A stretch of 64,000 nt of DNA from assembly GCF_009914755.1 (NCBI RefSeq), contig NC_060937.1. One strand, given 5' to 3'. Source of the DNA: the human T2T-CHM13v2.0 reference genome, Homo sapiens. This document shows, in pieces, positions 14,770 to 30,894 of this stretch (position 1 is the first letter of the stretch; the number at the start of each line of letters is the position of its first letter). Made by a program: the position numbers and the translations under genes. The notes beneath the pieces are model-generated. The model searched no databases. It was given only the letters and a program-made list of their open reading frames with translations, and was not told the origin of the DNA.

Positions 14770-15468
14770 TTCCTGCTTTCTTATTCACTAAGAAACTTTG
14801 TTCTCTAAAATCATAGATTAGAGACAACTTCGTGTTTGAAATTACATCAGTAACAATAAAATATCCCACCTTTGCTTGAAGGACCTCAGTCATTCCACAC
14901 AGAGAATTGGCCTCAATTTACAACCCAGATGTCAAGCTTCTGATAAGGGGTTTCCAGACACAAAACTCCATCGCTATTTTAACTTCATAGTCTCCAAGGA
15001 AATAGGCCCTTCATCCACTTTGCAGTCTAGACCTAGAGCCTGTGTGTTGATGGCAGCAGCAGGCCGTCTGGAGCAGCCACTACCATCATTGACATACAGC
15101 CTTGTTTTGCTTTGAGTCTACCAAAATACTGCTTATTTAAATTTCATCTCAACTCCACACTTCCCCAGAATCCTATCACTCTATCTGGGGAGATGCCATG
15201 TGGTCCAGGCAGTCTTAGGCTGAATGGGCAAGGATCCAAGGGAAACCAATTAGATTGAAATTCAGTTCTGTCTGTGGGCCCTCAAGATTTAAAAGCCATG
15301 GACAAGGGGGAAGCAACCAGTATCGACCAGCGATAATCTATGAGCACCTTCAGCTTGGGGTGTGGGGTCATAGACAAAAAGAATGGGGTTTAATCAGTGT
15401 TCCCATCCAAGGCAAAACCAGACCAGAAGAATGGGAGCTACCAGGAGGCTGAGTTAAGACCAATACTA

Positions 15469-15868
<400 letters not shown>

Positions 15869-15968
15869 TCAACCTGAATTTGTTTTTGTAGCTCTGGGAA
15901 GTCCTGAACTGAATGGGAGGTTCTACTGTGGCCCTCTACTAACAGTAGATGGAACCTGGAACCATCTA

Positions 15969-16230
15969 CTGTTAATTGTCCTTTTAGTAGCCAAGACATG
16001 AAGTACCTATCTCCCTTCTTTGTATTTGGTGAAAAGATTTGAACTCGAGCCATCTCTGCTAAAGGCATGACTTTAGTCACCCCACTGCAGTTGCTTCTCT
16101 TTGCCTCCAAGAAAGTCCAATCTGATGGGCAGATTGTGCTTGCAGATGACTGGATTAAACTGCAAATATCTCATGAAGCTGCTGCCTGCATCACCGCTCT
16201 CCAGGCAGCCACGGAGGCTCTGGTTGTTGA
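15969..16230 (+). pseudogene. 262-bp duplicated fragment of the DHX9 pseudogene (copy of 13561-13822)
   Basis: By-eye alignment gives 257/262 identity, no indels, no poly-A. Confidence 0.95.
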
Positions 16231-17105
16231 GGCCATCTACTGTGGCCCTCATACATCATACTGTGTATGGTTCCAGGATTTGTAAATGCTCTAATCAATG
16301 TTTTTTTTTTTTTTTTAAAGCTGTTCCTGCTGATTGCTTTTTAAGCTAGGCTCAAGTGTGGGGCCACGGAATCCTTCAGGTGCCCTTCAAATCAGACATT
16401 ACATTTCAGCTCTCAGGGCTAGAATGCTTCCCCCTCTTATCTTGGGCAGGTCTTTGAAGAAGCCAGTTTAGCCTTGGTAATTTTGAATTTGGCCATAGTA
16501 TACGGAGGAGAGCTAGGTAGCTATCAAAACGCTTAGACAAACGTATGGTAAAATGCAGCCCAGCCTGAACCTCCGCAAAACCCCCAAACCTGGAGCAGCA
16601 AGTGGGCAAAGGAGTGTGTGTTTGGGGCAGGGTACTGAGTCCCATATGTAATCAAGAGACCTGGAGGGCCCAAGGAAGTCAGTGACACCCCCACAAGCTA
16701 CATATCCTCCAATGGATTGTGGTGGTCATCTCCGGCTACCGAAGCCACCTTGCTTATTCCCATAGGCTTACAAACATTATGATGCTTCACACGAGTTGTG
16801 GGTGAAGTGAAGGAATTGGAAAGTCCCGGTCTAAGGCCCTGCAAAACTGCTGTCTGGTAAAAACAAGTGACTATGGCAAGGCCCTGAATGTACTACGTAT
16901 AGACTTAAGTCAGTATTTGTGCCTAACAGCAAAGCATGCCACAAGAGGCTCCTCAAAAGCCGGGTAATTGATGCCATTGTTTTCTTGACCTAGTTGAAGA
17001 GTCAAAGAAGAGAAGGTGATGCAGAAACTTCTTTCCAGTGAAGTGACAGATCCAAGCAAGGAACACCTGCCTGTGAGGGGAGCGGTAGGGGAGGGTAGAT
17101 TCGGC

Positions 17106-17291
17106 AGCACTCGGGTAGTGGCAGGGACCACATATTGTCGGTGTTAACCACTGTTATCATTGGCCCAGGTCGAGTGAGGACGAGTCATTTCCCCACTAAG
17201 CACTTGGGGAGTGGCAGGGACCACATATTGTCAGTGTTAACCACTGTTATGACTGGCCCAGGTCGGGTGACGACGAGCCATTTCCGCACTA
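17106..17291. repeat. Tandem duplication, 2 x 93 bp, in the CLN5 upstream region
   Basis: Units 17106-17198 and 17199-17291, 9 mismatches. Confidence 0.95.
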
Positions 17292-17432
17292 TTGTCCCTT
17301 CTTCCTCACTGCACCCCCAGCCCTGCACCCTCAGCTCCAAATACACATTCTCGTTCACTCAACGTTTGTTGACACCTAGCGTGGGCCCTGTGGGATGGGG
17401 TAAAAGTTCGGTGTTGGGAGGAGCCCCGGTGA

Positions 17433-18130
<698 letters not shown>

Positions 18131-18779
18131 CTGGTCACTTGCGGCAGACTCAGGACAGTCCTGAATCGTGGAAGAAGAAAAGGAGAGTAATGTTATTTAA
18201 TGGAGGGACTTCTGGGTACAAGTAGCTGATTTCTTGAGTAGTTTAAAAACACTGTCTATCGCATTTATTTATATCATGCACTGTCGTTAGTTATTACCGC
18301 GGAACATTTGGTACAATTTACTGGGCGACCAACTCGCTCTGGTTTGAACCTGATCAGAACCTGATCCGAAGTCCTTATTGGGACTTCCCAGTTTTGCCCT
18401 CAAAAGTCGCGCATCCCGGGAATCCCCGTCTCCTGCAGTCCTGGTTAGACCGGGAAGATTGTCACCGCTTTTGTCCAGTCTTCAGCCTGGAGGTAGGACG
18501 CCGGTCCTAAGTCGGGGACAGAGCCCGCACACCTGGGAGGTCGATTCCAGCCTTTGACAGAGAAGACACAGCCTCCGGCGGTCAGAGATAGCTAAACACA
18601 GAGAAAGAAAACATGGTGTCAACATCAGGCAGGAGAAAGACCAGCAGTTTTTGAAAACAGCTATTTTTCTTTAAACCAAAAGCATCATTGGACATAATTT
18701 TAACTTACTAGCATAAGTAATCAACAGCTAAAACTGCACACAACAAACCTGAAAAAAACAGCTATTTTGTATGACAGTA

Positions 18780-18950
18780 TGAGTGGGAAGGAGTTCTGCC
18801 TGCTGCGGGTCAAATCTGGCTCTGTCATCACCAGGGATCTTGGGAAAGTTACTCAGAATCTCTGTGCCCACATGCCCTGAGTCAAAAAATAGGAATAGTG
18901 GTAGCACGTACCTCATAGGTTTGCTGGAAGGATTAAATCTAGTAAAATGC
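18780..18950 (+). mobile_element. MIR remnant
   Basis: gggtcaaatctggctctgtca..ttgggaaagttactcagaatctctgtgcc..acctcataggtttgctggaaggattaaa. Confidence 0.7.
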
Positions 18951-20676
18951 CAGCTGTTGTCAAACCTAGATAGTGTATTCTGCTCACTGAAATGTTTACA
19001 ACACTTTTTTGTTTTGTGTGATATACTACGTGGAAAGAGAAGTTTGTGGTTGAAGCTAGTTTTCTGGAAAATGTTAATAATAAAATGTTTGTAAGAAGTC
19101 AAAATTACTCAATAGAACAAGAATTGTAAATCCAAACGATTTGATTTAACATTAGGGCAAGGTGTTGACTATGGCTTTTTAGTGGATTTTTTTTTTAAGT
19201 CTCAGATATTAAGTACGTGCTCCCATCTAATTCCCTCAATTGAATATAATATTTAAGTTTATTAAGTTCACACTTAAATTACCTTTGAACTAAAATAGAT
19301 TTTGCTGTGTCAGTGAAATCTCCATGTGATTATGTATTTGTTTAAACCAGGTAAGTGCCTATAAAACACTGTACCCAAGTAGCAGAAACTTTTGGGAGCG
19401 TCGTTAATAGTTTCGATTAGCATAAAGATTTTAACTTCTTAAGTTAAAATAGAAATTTTTGTTGATTTGTTAAGATTTGTTAGATCTGGCTACAACCTTG
19501 GGGATCTAGGATTCTTAGATAGAAGCTGTTGTCGCCACCACTTCTTTCTTTCCCAGTGCCAGATTATAGGTGACCAGTGTGTCTGTTGAGCTGAATTCAG
19601 CTGCAGTGCCCCTCGAGTCCTATTGCTGTGGCCTTCTCCGGTCTTCTTTTCTTGCCTGCATTGTTGAGGTCACCTTCTAACTGATCTCTCATGTTTTATT
19701 TGGCCTCTCTCCATACCCTCTTTTAATTCGTGAAATAAGGTTTACTTTATAGCAAATTCAGTCCTGTCAGATCTGCTACTTAACATCCTTTAAGTTTAGC
19801 CCTCCCCAATTATAAGGCAGGGAATTCCATGCACATTCTCCTAGTGACAAAATGACAGCCCCTGCCAGTCTCTTCCGTCTCCATTCCTGCGTCGAGGCCT
19901 GAAATCCAGTCTTCCGTACCTACCGGAGACCAAATGTGCCAGGCTTGTCTTACAATACTTAACATTTCCTCTGCCTTTCTGTCTTAACCTTCTAATCAAC
20001 TACATTAAAAACCTAGGCCCGGCCTTCATCTCTTTCTTTGCCCTCCCCACCCCATTCATCCCATACCTGGTTAACAATGATTTGTCCTTCCTGTGTGCCC
20101 ATAGGACTCATTCCTTTAGTCTAGCACATACCACACTCATTACTTGTTCAGTGTCTTTCCAGCTCCCACCCACAGTTCCATGAGAAAGGGAACAGTGTTT
20201 TAATTTTTGTTTCCCTCCTTCTTACTATAGTTCACTATATATGTAGTGGAGCCTCAATAAATATTGGTTGAATGAATGTTAATTCGTAAGTAAATATAAA
20301 ATGTATTCTGTTACTCATAATTATCTGAATAATCTTAATGTATGGACTGTTTGTAAAATTGAACACATTGGAAAAATGTTCATTTATTCTGTAAACATTT
20401 GCAAATGTCTACTATGATCTGGAGCTATAAAAATTTTAAGACAAAATTCCTGTCTTCAAAATTTTCACAGTGGGATCAGGGAACAGGGAAGCCCGTATTT
20501 ATCAGAGTGCTTTTAGTTTATCATTTGCTATTAAAAACATTATTGGAAGTTTGTTCACAAGATAACAAAATGTGTGTTTATATTTATTAACTATGGTCCG
20601 ACCTTTGAATGGTCCCCTAAAAATGTTACTGGATTCTAAAAGACGTGAGAAGAATCAGATTCATTTTAGAATCTAA

Positions 20677-20925
<249 letters not shown>

Positions 20926-21409
20926 TGATTTTTAAGGAGTAATCACTATTTAGATGGCTGACTTTAGATCATGTTGGTGTTTGTCTTAGTACATTTAAAA
21001 TGAGTAGTCAAAAATAGTTACTATCAGATTTTGTAATCTTGACAACAACAAATGTAATCACCATTATCCATTGTAATATTATGAATCTGAAACCAGCTCC
21101 TGTACCTAGCTCCTGGAAGGTGAGAAGAGGCCCAGAAGTGGCAGGGCAGGCAGGTAACACCTCTTGATTTCCATACTCTGTTGTAGTCACTTTTCCAGGT
21201 TAACCCATCACCATGTGAGGTCTGTAGAGCTGCTTCCAGAGACTGGCATGGGGGCTCCTCACACTTATTCTAAGCTCTAAGGAAATTATCAGCTTGTCCA
21301 CATAACATGCAGGCCTCCTATTTGAGATGAGCCAAATAGGGGTGTAGTGGCCAAAGCTGGGGTGGATGAGGGCCTGGAGTTTGGGGCCACAGAGTGGATA
21401 TGACAATAG

Positions 21410-21775
<366 letters not shown>

Positions 21776-21933
21776 TGAAAATATAGCAATATTTGATCAT
21801 TGCATCAAAAACCAAATGAAAGAAATTGTTATACTTCCATTGAAACATTTCAGTAATGTTTTACTTAGAGGTCATTTGTAAAATGTACTTTTGGAACCAT
21901 TAAACTTTGGGAATTTTTTTCATCTCTTATTTG

Positions 21934-23305
<1,372 letters not shown>

Positions 23306-23579
23306 TGGAACCACTAAACTCTGACCCAAACTATTACTCATGCAGAACTTCACCTGTTGGTGATGAGTAGCTTATCTCTGATCTTTGAATGTTTCCCTAA
23401 AAATGCTCTTTTCCCATCATAAAAATGAATAAAATGATAAAACATTTTGTACAATTAAATTGGTCTTTCTAAACGAAATAGTAAGAGAAATCCATAAAAT
23501 GCCTGATTAAAGGATATGTTAACTATATCTGAAAAAAATTTTAGTGATGATATTTTTATGTTGAAAAATAATAGCTACT

Positions 23580-23800
23580 AATATAGACTGGTTCTGGCAC
23601 TGTTCTGAGTACTGTACATACATCACATCATTCATCATCACAACTTCTGGAGGTAGTAACTATTATTTTGCCTATTTTACAGATGGAGAAACTGAGGCAC
23701 AGAGAGGTTAAAGTTACACAGCTTAGTAAGTGGGACTCCAACCCTGGCAGTTACGCCCCATTGCCCATTCTCCTAACTACTTTGATACATTGCCTCCCAA
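23580..23800 (-). mobile_element. MIR remnant
   Basis: cctattttacagatggagaaactgaggcacagagaggttaa core. Confidence 0.8.
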
Positions 23801-25716
23801 AATGTATATGATCTTATATTTGAGACCCTCTTGAGCAGTTTAAATATTTTATCTTTGAGATTTTTTTCTTCTTTTGGATGTATTGGAAAGTTGCTGAAAG
23901 TTGGAATTGTGTTGCAAGTGCTGCATTGTTGGTTAGTAATGAAAAGAGTTCAGCAATCCTTTCATTGGTAACTCCTTATGTGACTTGGGTCACATTTTAT
24001 ATCTTATTGGCCCGTTGCCTCATGTGCAAAATGGAGACAATATACCATAGCATTTGAGAAGTAAGGAGCTTGTCCATATGATTTATGAAGCATTACATTA
24101 TAAATTGCTGTTCCCCAGAACAGTAGAAACATCTGAAATGAAAGCACTGTTGTGACAATAATTATTCAGTGAACCCCAGGACTTGAGGAAGTAATCATGC
24201 TTCCTATTTGTATAGCTCTTTACAAATGATTTGGAGGTATGTTAACTCACGGTTCAGTGGAGAGGATAAGATACTCATTCTCTGCAAATAAGGAATTGAG
24301 GCTCAGCCAGGTAACATGACTTACTTGCCTCTCAAGGTCAAAGAGCTGGATGTAGCAGAATCAGGAATAAAACTGAGGTCTTTTAAATGTAACAAGGATC
24401 TGTTAGCCGAATGCACCATGTTGTTTTCTAATATTTCCTGCTACTTTCTAATCAATGTGCCTTAAACCATACCAACAATACAAAAGTCCATCATTAGCGG
24501 TTCTTTCTTTCATTCCAGGCCAGTTCACACCTTTCCCCATTTCCACCTACATCGTTATCTGAAAATCCTTCCTTCTGACATAAAGTCAATGATCATATGA
24601 ATAAGTGATCACTATTTTTTGTAAAATAGTTCAAAATATGCCAGTACTTAAATCTTTTAAGTCATTTATTTGCCTTGTGAATAATCCTGTGATTGACAAA
24701 ATAGTGTTTTGAAGCATTCTTGTCTCATAAGGATAGTGGTGGCATTTGAAAGTTGAAGAATGCTAAGAACAGTATCCCCAGTTCTAATACAACAGGCTTT
24801 ATTCTGTTCTACAATTTTAATTCCATAAAATTGATAAAGGCAGTCACTCTATTCATTTTACAGAACATGAAGTATTTATTTTATGGACTCAAGTTGGAGT
24901 AACCAAAGAGGTTTGCACACAGTGACAGGATGCAGTGTTTGGGGCCCAGTTCTATTAGGCATTATAAATGCCCAAGATGAGAGTTGTAACCATGCAGAGT
25001 AGTGTTTTCTGAATATTTGGAAAGATTCTTCTGGTCTAGTACAAGATGGTAGAAGAGAGGGTTAGCCATCCTGGAGTATGAACTCGGCCTAAAACATTTC
25101 CAGTTTAGTTGATTTGTTGGAAGGACTTAACGTGGCAGGTGGAGAGGTCATCAGCAGCATCCCAGCAACTCCAAGTACAGGGAAGAAAGAAACGTACCAA
25201 ACACACAAGGTGGATGGGGTATGGTGCTTGTTCTCATAACAGTAATAGCCAGCCTTCTAGAGCAGTGGCTCCTCAGGCAGCCATTCATACTTTATGTGTA
25301 GCATGCTTTGCAACAGTGAAGCTCCACATTTCCCACACCTCCATTTTCCTTACACTGTCTTTGCCCATTCTGCTTTTCCTCTTTCGCAATTCTTTTTGTG
25401 CTTTCCTTTTCTCTTTTGCCTCTGAATCCAAGATTTGGTGAGTTGGGTAGAGAAAGAGAGCTTCTGCATTTGTATAATTTCGCTTTGACTATAGCTTAAA
25501 TGATTATAGAATTAGTATGTAAGATGACTTCTCCTTATACACCTATTATATCTAATGTTTATAATTCAGAAATATCTTGTGCCTTGAAGAATGGAATAAA
25601 ATTGGCTGAGCTTGGATTCCTGTTGTGAAATGCAGGTGTGGAAATTCAAAACCATTGTTTACTCAGGCATCCAGTCTTAATCAAGTTAGAACATTTTACT
25701 TAAAATTAATATGATT

Positions 25717-26043
25717 AGGCCAGCCATGGTAGCTCAAACCTATAATCCCAGTGCTTTAGAATGCTGAAGCAGGAGGATCACTTGAGGTTGGGAATTTGAG
25801 ACCAGCCTGGGCAATACAGCAAGACCCCGTGTTGCCCAGGCTGGTCTCAAATTAAAAAAAAGAAAAATTAAAAAATTAGTTGGGTTTGGTGGCCAGCGCC
25901 TGTAGTCCCAGCTACTCAGGAGGCCGAGGTGGGAGGATCACTTAAGCCCAGGAGGTCAAGGCTGCAGTGAGCTGTGATGTTACCACCGCACTCTAGCCTC
26001 GGCAACAGAGGGAGACCTGTCTTAAAAAAAAAAAAAAAAAAAA
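25717..26043 (+). mobile_element. Alu (AluJ-like) with internal inverted duplication
   Basis: Dimer; TSD aaaattaatatgatta / aaaattaacatgatta. Confidence 0.93.
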
Positions 26044-26069
26044 TTAACATGATTAGCTTTGTTCACTAG

Positions 26070-26609
<540 letters not shown>

Positions 26610-26950
26610 AACACCTTAATTCTACTGCTCTTTTTTCTCCAATCACCAGCATCTGTTTTTCAGGGGGTGATTTTACTTTTGTGAATTCCTTAGCCTTTCT
26701 TCCTTGGTGCATAAAGTTAAAATGCACATCAGCAGAATTGCTGCATATTAACATCTCAGGACTCTTCTCTTGTAAAGAAGCTGAAATTCGTACTATATTG
26801 GCCAAAGTGAGCGAGTTAGGTGATCTTGGTTTCAATTTCCGAGCCTTTGTTAATATGGAGAATTATGGTTCATATCAGTTATGTAGGACCTTTGGACCCA
26901 GGGTCCTACAGATAGATATGGTGTGCCCAGATTTTAAAAATACCTTCAAA

Positions 26951-26956
26951 AATAAA
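26951..26956 (+). terminator. CLN5: Candidate proximal polyadenylation signal of CLN5
   Basis: First AATAAA after the stop; distal ATTAAA hexamers also exist (e.g. 28136). Confidence 0.5.
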
Positions 26957-28659
26957 AAATACATTCAGTGACATTTTCATGGTGGGAGCTCTTCTTTCTG
27001 ATATGGCAGTTACACTTTTTCACTTAAGTGCTTTAGTTTAGACTAACTTTACAACTTCTATAACTTTTGGAACCAAGTTTAGTATAGTCTGATTACATTC
27101 CATTCACCTAACTTTAGACATTCGTTTAGACACCATAACTGGAGTGATTGTGCTTCTAGATGTGGCAAATCCAGTGTTAACACATATTTCTGGCTGAGAT
27201 TTTGGAACTAGCTAGTAACTGGCTTGTGTTCTTTAAGCATACTAACATCACTAAATCTTAGGATTTAGGATTGCTGTAAAGATGTAAGTTGTGTATGTTT
27301 GGCAGGTCACATTGAATGGCAGTGATAATGATTAATCAAAGAACAAATGTCATCCTTGATCTTGCCTAATGTAGTTTATGTGCCAAACTTTCCAGGGTTT
27401 TGTAGTCACCTAGATTTTAAGCTGATAGCATAGTGCTTCAGCGGTTCTTCTAACCGGGGTATGCAGGAACATGGCTGCAGACACGTTTGGGTAAACAGGC
27501 ACCTTCTGACTTCTTCATTGTTTCCTGTAGTTCTCCCTCTTCCCACAAAGCTGTCAGCGCAGTGGAAGAGGTTGCACTTCTCCGAGAGAGGACAGGTTTC
27601 TGTTAAGATCACCAAGTAGCTGTGCTTTAATTAGAGCCAGACAAGCTTTCAAGGTCCTTTAAGTATTTGATGATCAACTGAACACGTTTCTATTCAAGGA
27701 GAAAACACCATTCAGTAAGAAGATGGAGTAGATATCAGATAAAACAATTCACGTTTAATATGTAAATGTACCAATTATGTGATTCAGTTTCAACTTTCAA
27801 GTACTTCCTGAGAGGTTAGTACATTATTATTGAGCTCTCACAGAAAGCTTAATCATAGATATAATTAACCTGATCCAAATGAGTAAAGTGGACCTTAGAA
27901 AGGCTAAGTGATCTTTCTCTGGCTATCCAGCTAGTAGTAATGAAGTCAGGTCTTGAACCCCGGTTCTGCTGACTGAATTGGATGCACTATAGTACAGGCT
28001 TTTAGCACCGAAGTGTGGTCCTCAGACCAGTGCCTGCCAACCAGATGTTACTGGTCTGTGAGGAAATAAGTACAGATACTGACAGGAAGCTTTTATAAAC
28101 AATTTATTGGAGTGTTTTTGTTTCTGTTGGGTCTAATTAAAAAAATTGGAGCTTGTATTTTATGTGTCTTTGGTCTTATTTTGTCTAGGAATTCATTTTT
28201 GCTGGGTTTTTTTTTTTCAACTGTAGTCCCACAACAGTCTGAAAATAACCCAGTCACCAGATATCTTCCTCAAATACAGAGGGAGAACTTTCTTTCACGC
28301 CTCCTTTAGCCTGTCGACTCCTTATAATAATGCCTAAATATTCCAAATTAATACTGCCTCTTTAACCTGCTAATTGTTTTCACAATGTTACAAGAAAACT
28401 TGGATCTGTGCATTATCACCATCTAGTGGCTAAACTCAGGCAACACGAACTTCTACCAAACTCAGGAAATTGCTCTGGAAAAACTACAGGATTTTGGATT
28501 TCCAGAACTGCCTTGAAGAGACAAAGATTCTTGTACCAAGTTTTGGTCAACTGCAAATCAAAGAACTTGGTTATGCAGGGAAAACAAATGAGGATATCTG
28601 TACCTGGAACTTTTAAACAAGATTCTAATAGTTATGTGAAAAAAGCATTCAAGATTTTT

Positions 28660-28974
<315 letters not shown>

Positions 28975-29300
28975 TCATTGTTCCTAAGAATCTTAATTAA
29001 ATGAAGACAGAAAGCATCATAAAGTCAGGTAACTACAGCACAGACAGCATTAACATTTACAAAAGTATTTCTTAAGAATTAAACCTGTCAGCTCTACTTA
29101 CAAGATGTAGAGCTTTCAGGTGAAGATGATTCAAGAACATGCTTTCAAAATAGTAGTTGAGAAACCAAAACATAGCCACGCAGAAATCTGCCAATTAAGT
29201 TTTGCTGCCCTTTGAGCAATATGACTTAATGTGATTTACTTTAATTATAACTTAAGTACAACTTAAATGCAGTTTCTATTTTGCTATTGTTATAGATGTA

Positions 29301-29621
<321 letters not shown>

Positions 29622-30894
29622 TTAGTCTGACTAGGGCTTTAGAGTGAATATATCTCCTCATTAATCTGGCACAAAATTAGTTAAGTAAGTATACCCACAA
29701 AGTGTCATCTAATATATTGTTGCATGTAGAGGAAAACACAGTGAAGAAACCTACTAACTTTATTTGGAACCCTCAATATTGGTGGCTCCTTAAAAATTGG
29801 AGAAAAAAATCAAGTCTTAGGAAGTCTTATCCAGTTTTATGGTCTGCTGTGGTGGCACTTAATGAATTACCTGGAATTATAGTTCCTGTAAGATGTTTTA
29901 TTTTTTAAATAGTTGGCAGGCTATACAAAGAGTGATGTTCCAAAACTACACACATGCTTTTTCCCTGTTCACAAAGGCAAACAGGCTGGCCAAAGTGTTT
30001 CCAGCATCTTCGTCATATTTACCCTTTATTATCCAAGTGGTTTCCTGCTCTTCAAACCTTCCTTTCAAAATTTTGTCTCCTACTTAAAACAAGTTAGGAT
30101 TATTTATCCTTTTATTGGACTGATTATTCTAAGGATAAGCTCTTACTTCACTTTCGGAGTAAAAGGCTTTGTGCCCTTTTTAAAGTTGGGTGTCAGCAAG
30201 CAGCTGGAATTTTCCTGCCTGGTAAAATTAAAACCAGCCCCACAAACTGGGGTTGGAGTCTGTGCAAAGCTCATTACTATCTATGTGTGGGGTAGAAATT
30301 ATAGTGTGTTAAAGGACCTAGTGTAAAAAAAAAAAATTTTAAAGGACCTAGTGGAGGCTTGAACCTTCTTCACATGAACGTCTTCCTTTCAGCCTAAAGT
30401 TCTTAAAATGCACTAAATTGACTTAATCTTCAATCATACCTATTTTTTCTGATATGGTTACAACAGCCCAAATTACCAAGATAAGTTGAAAGCCAGTAAA
30501 ACAATGAAAATAATTTCAATAGTTGAAAAACTATTCTAATTTATATAAAGACATTTATCTCTAAAAAGACTGGTTGGGTTCAAGGACCCTTAAAGACTGA
30601 TTCTATGTCTAAATAATCTGTTTTATAAGTTCTCATTCTGAATGCAGAAAGAACCTATTATTTTCTGTATAAAAATTTAAAAATTTATATTTCATGGTAG
30701 GTTTTAAATTTCCTATTTCTTTAGGCATCAGAGCTTATTTCAAGAATAGATTCCATGAGCCTAACCTTGTATCTTCAAAAAGGCGAGTCTATCATAAACA
30801 TTGTTTAATATTAAATATTATATCCATCAAATATGGATTTGAAACATTTTTAAGTTTAAAGTCAAATGTTTGTGTAGTTTTTAAAAAGTAAAAT

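Noticed and set aside
17106-17291. Direct repeats as a CRISPR-like array
   Set aside because: Two adjacent 93-bp units without spacers in eukaryotic DNA; a simple tandem duplication.
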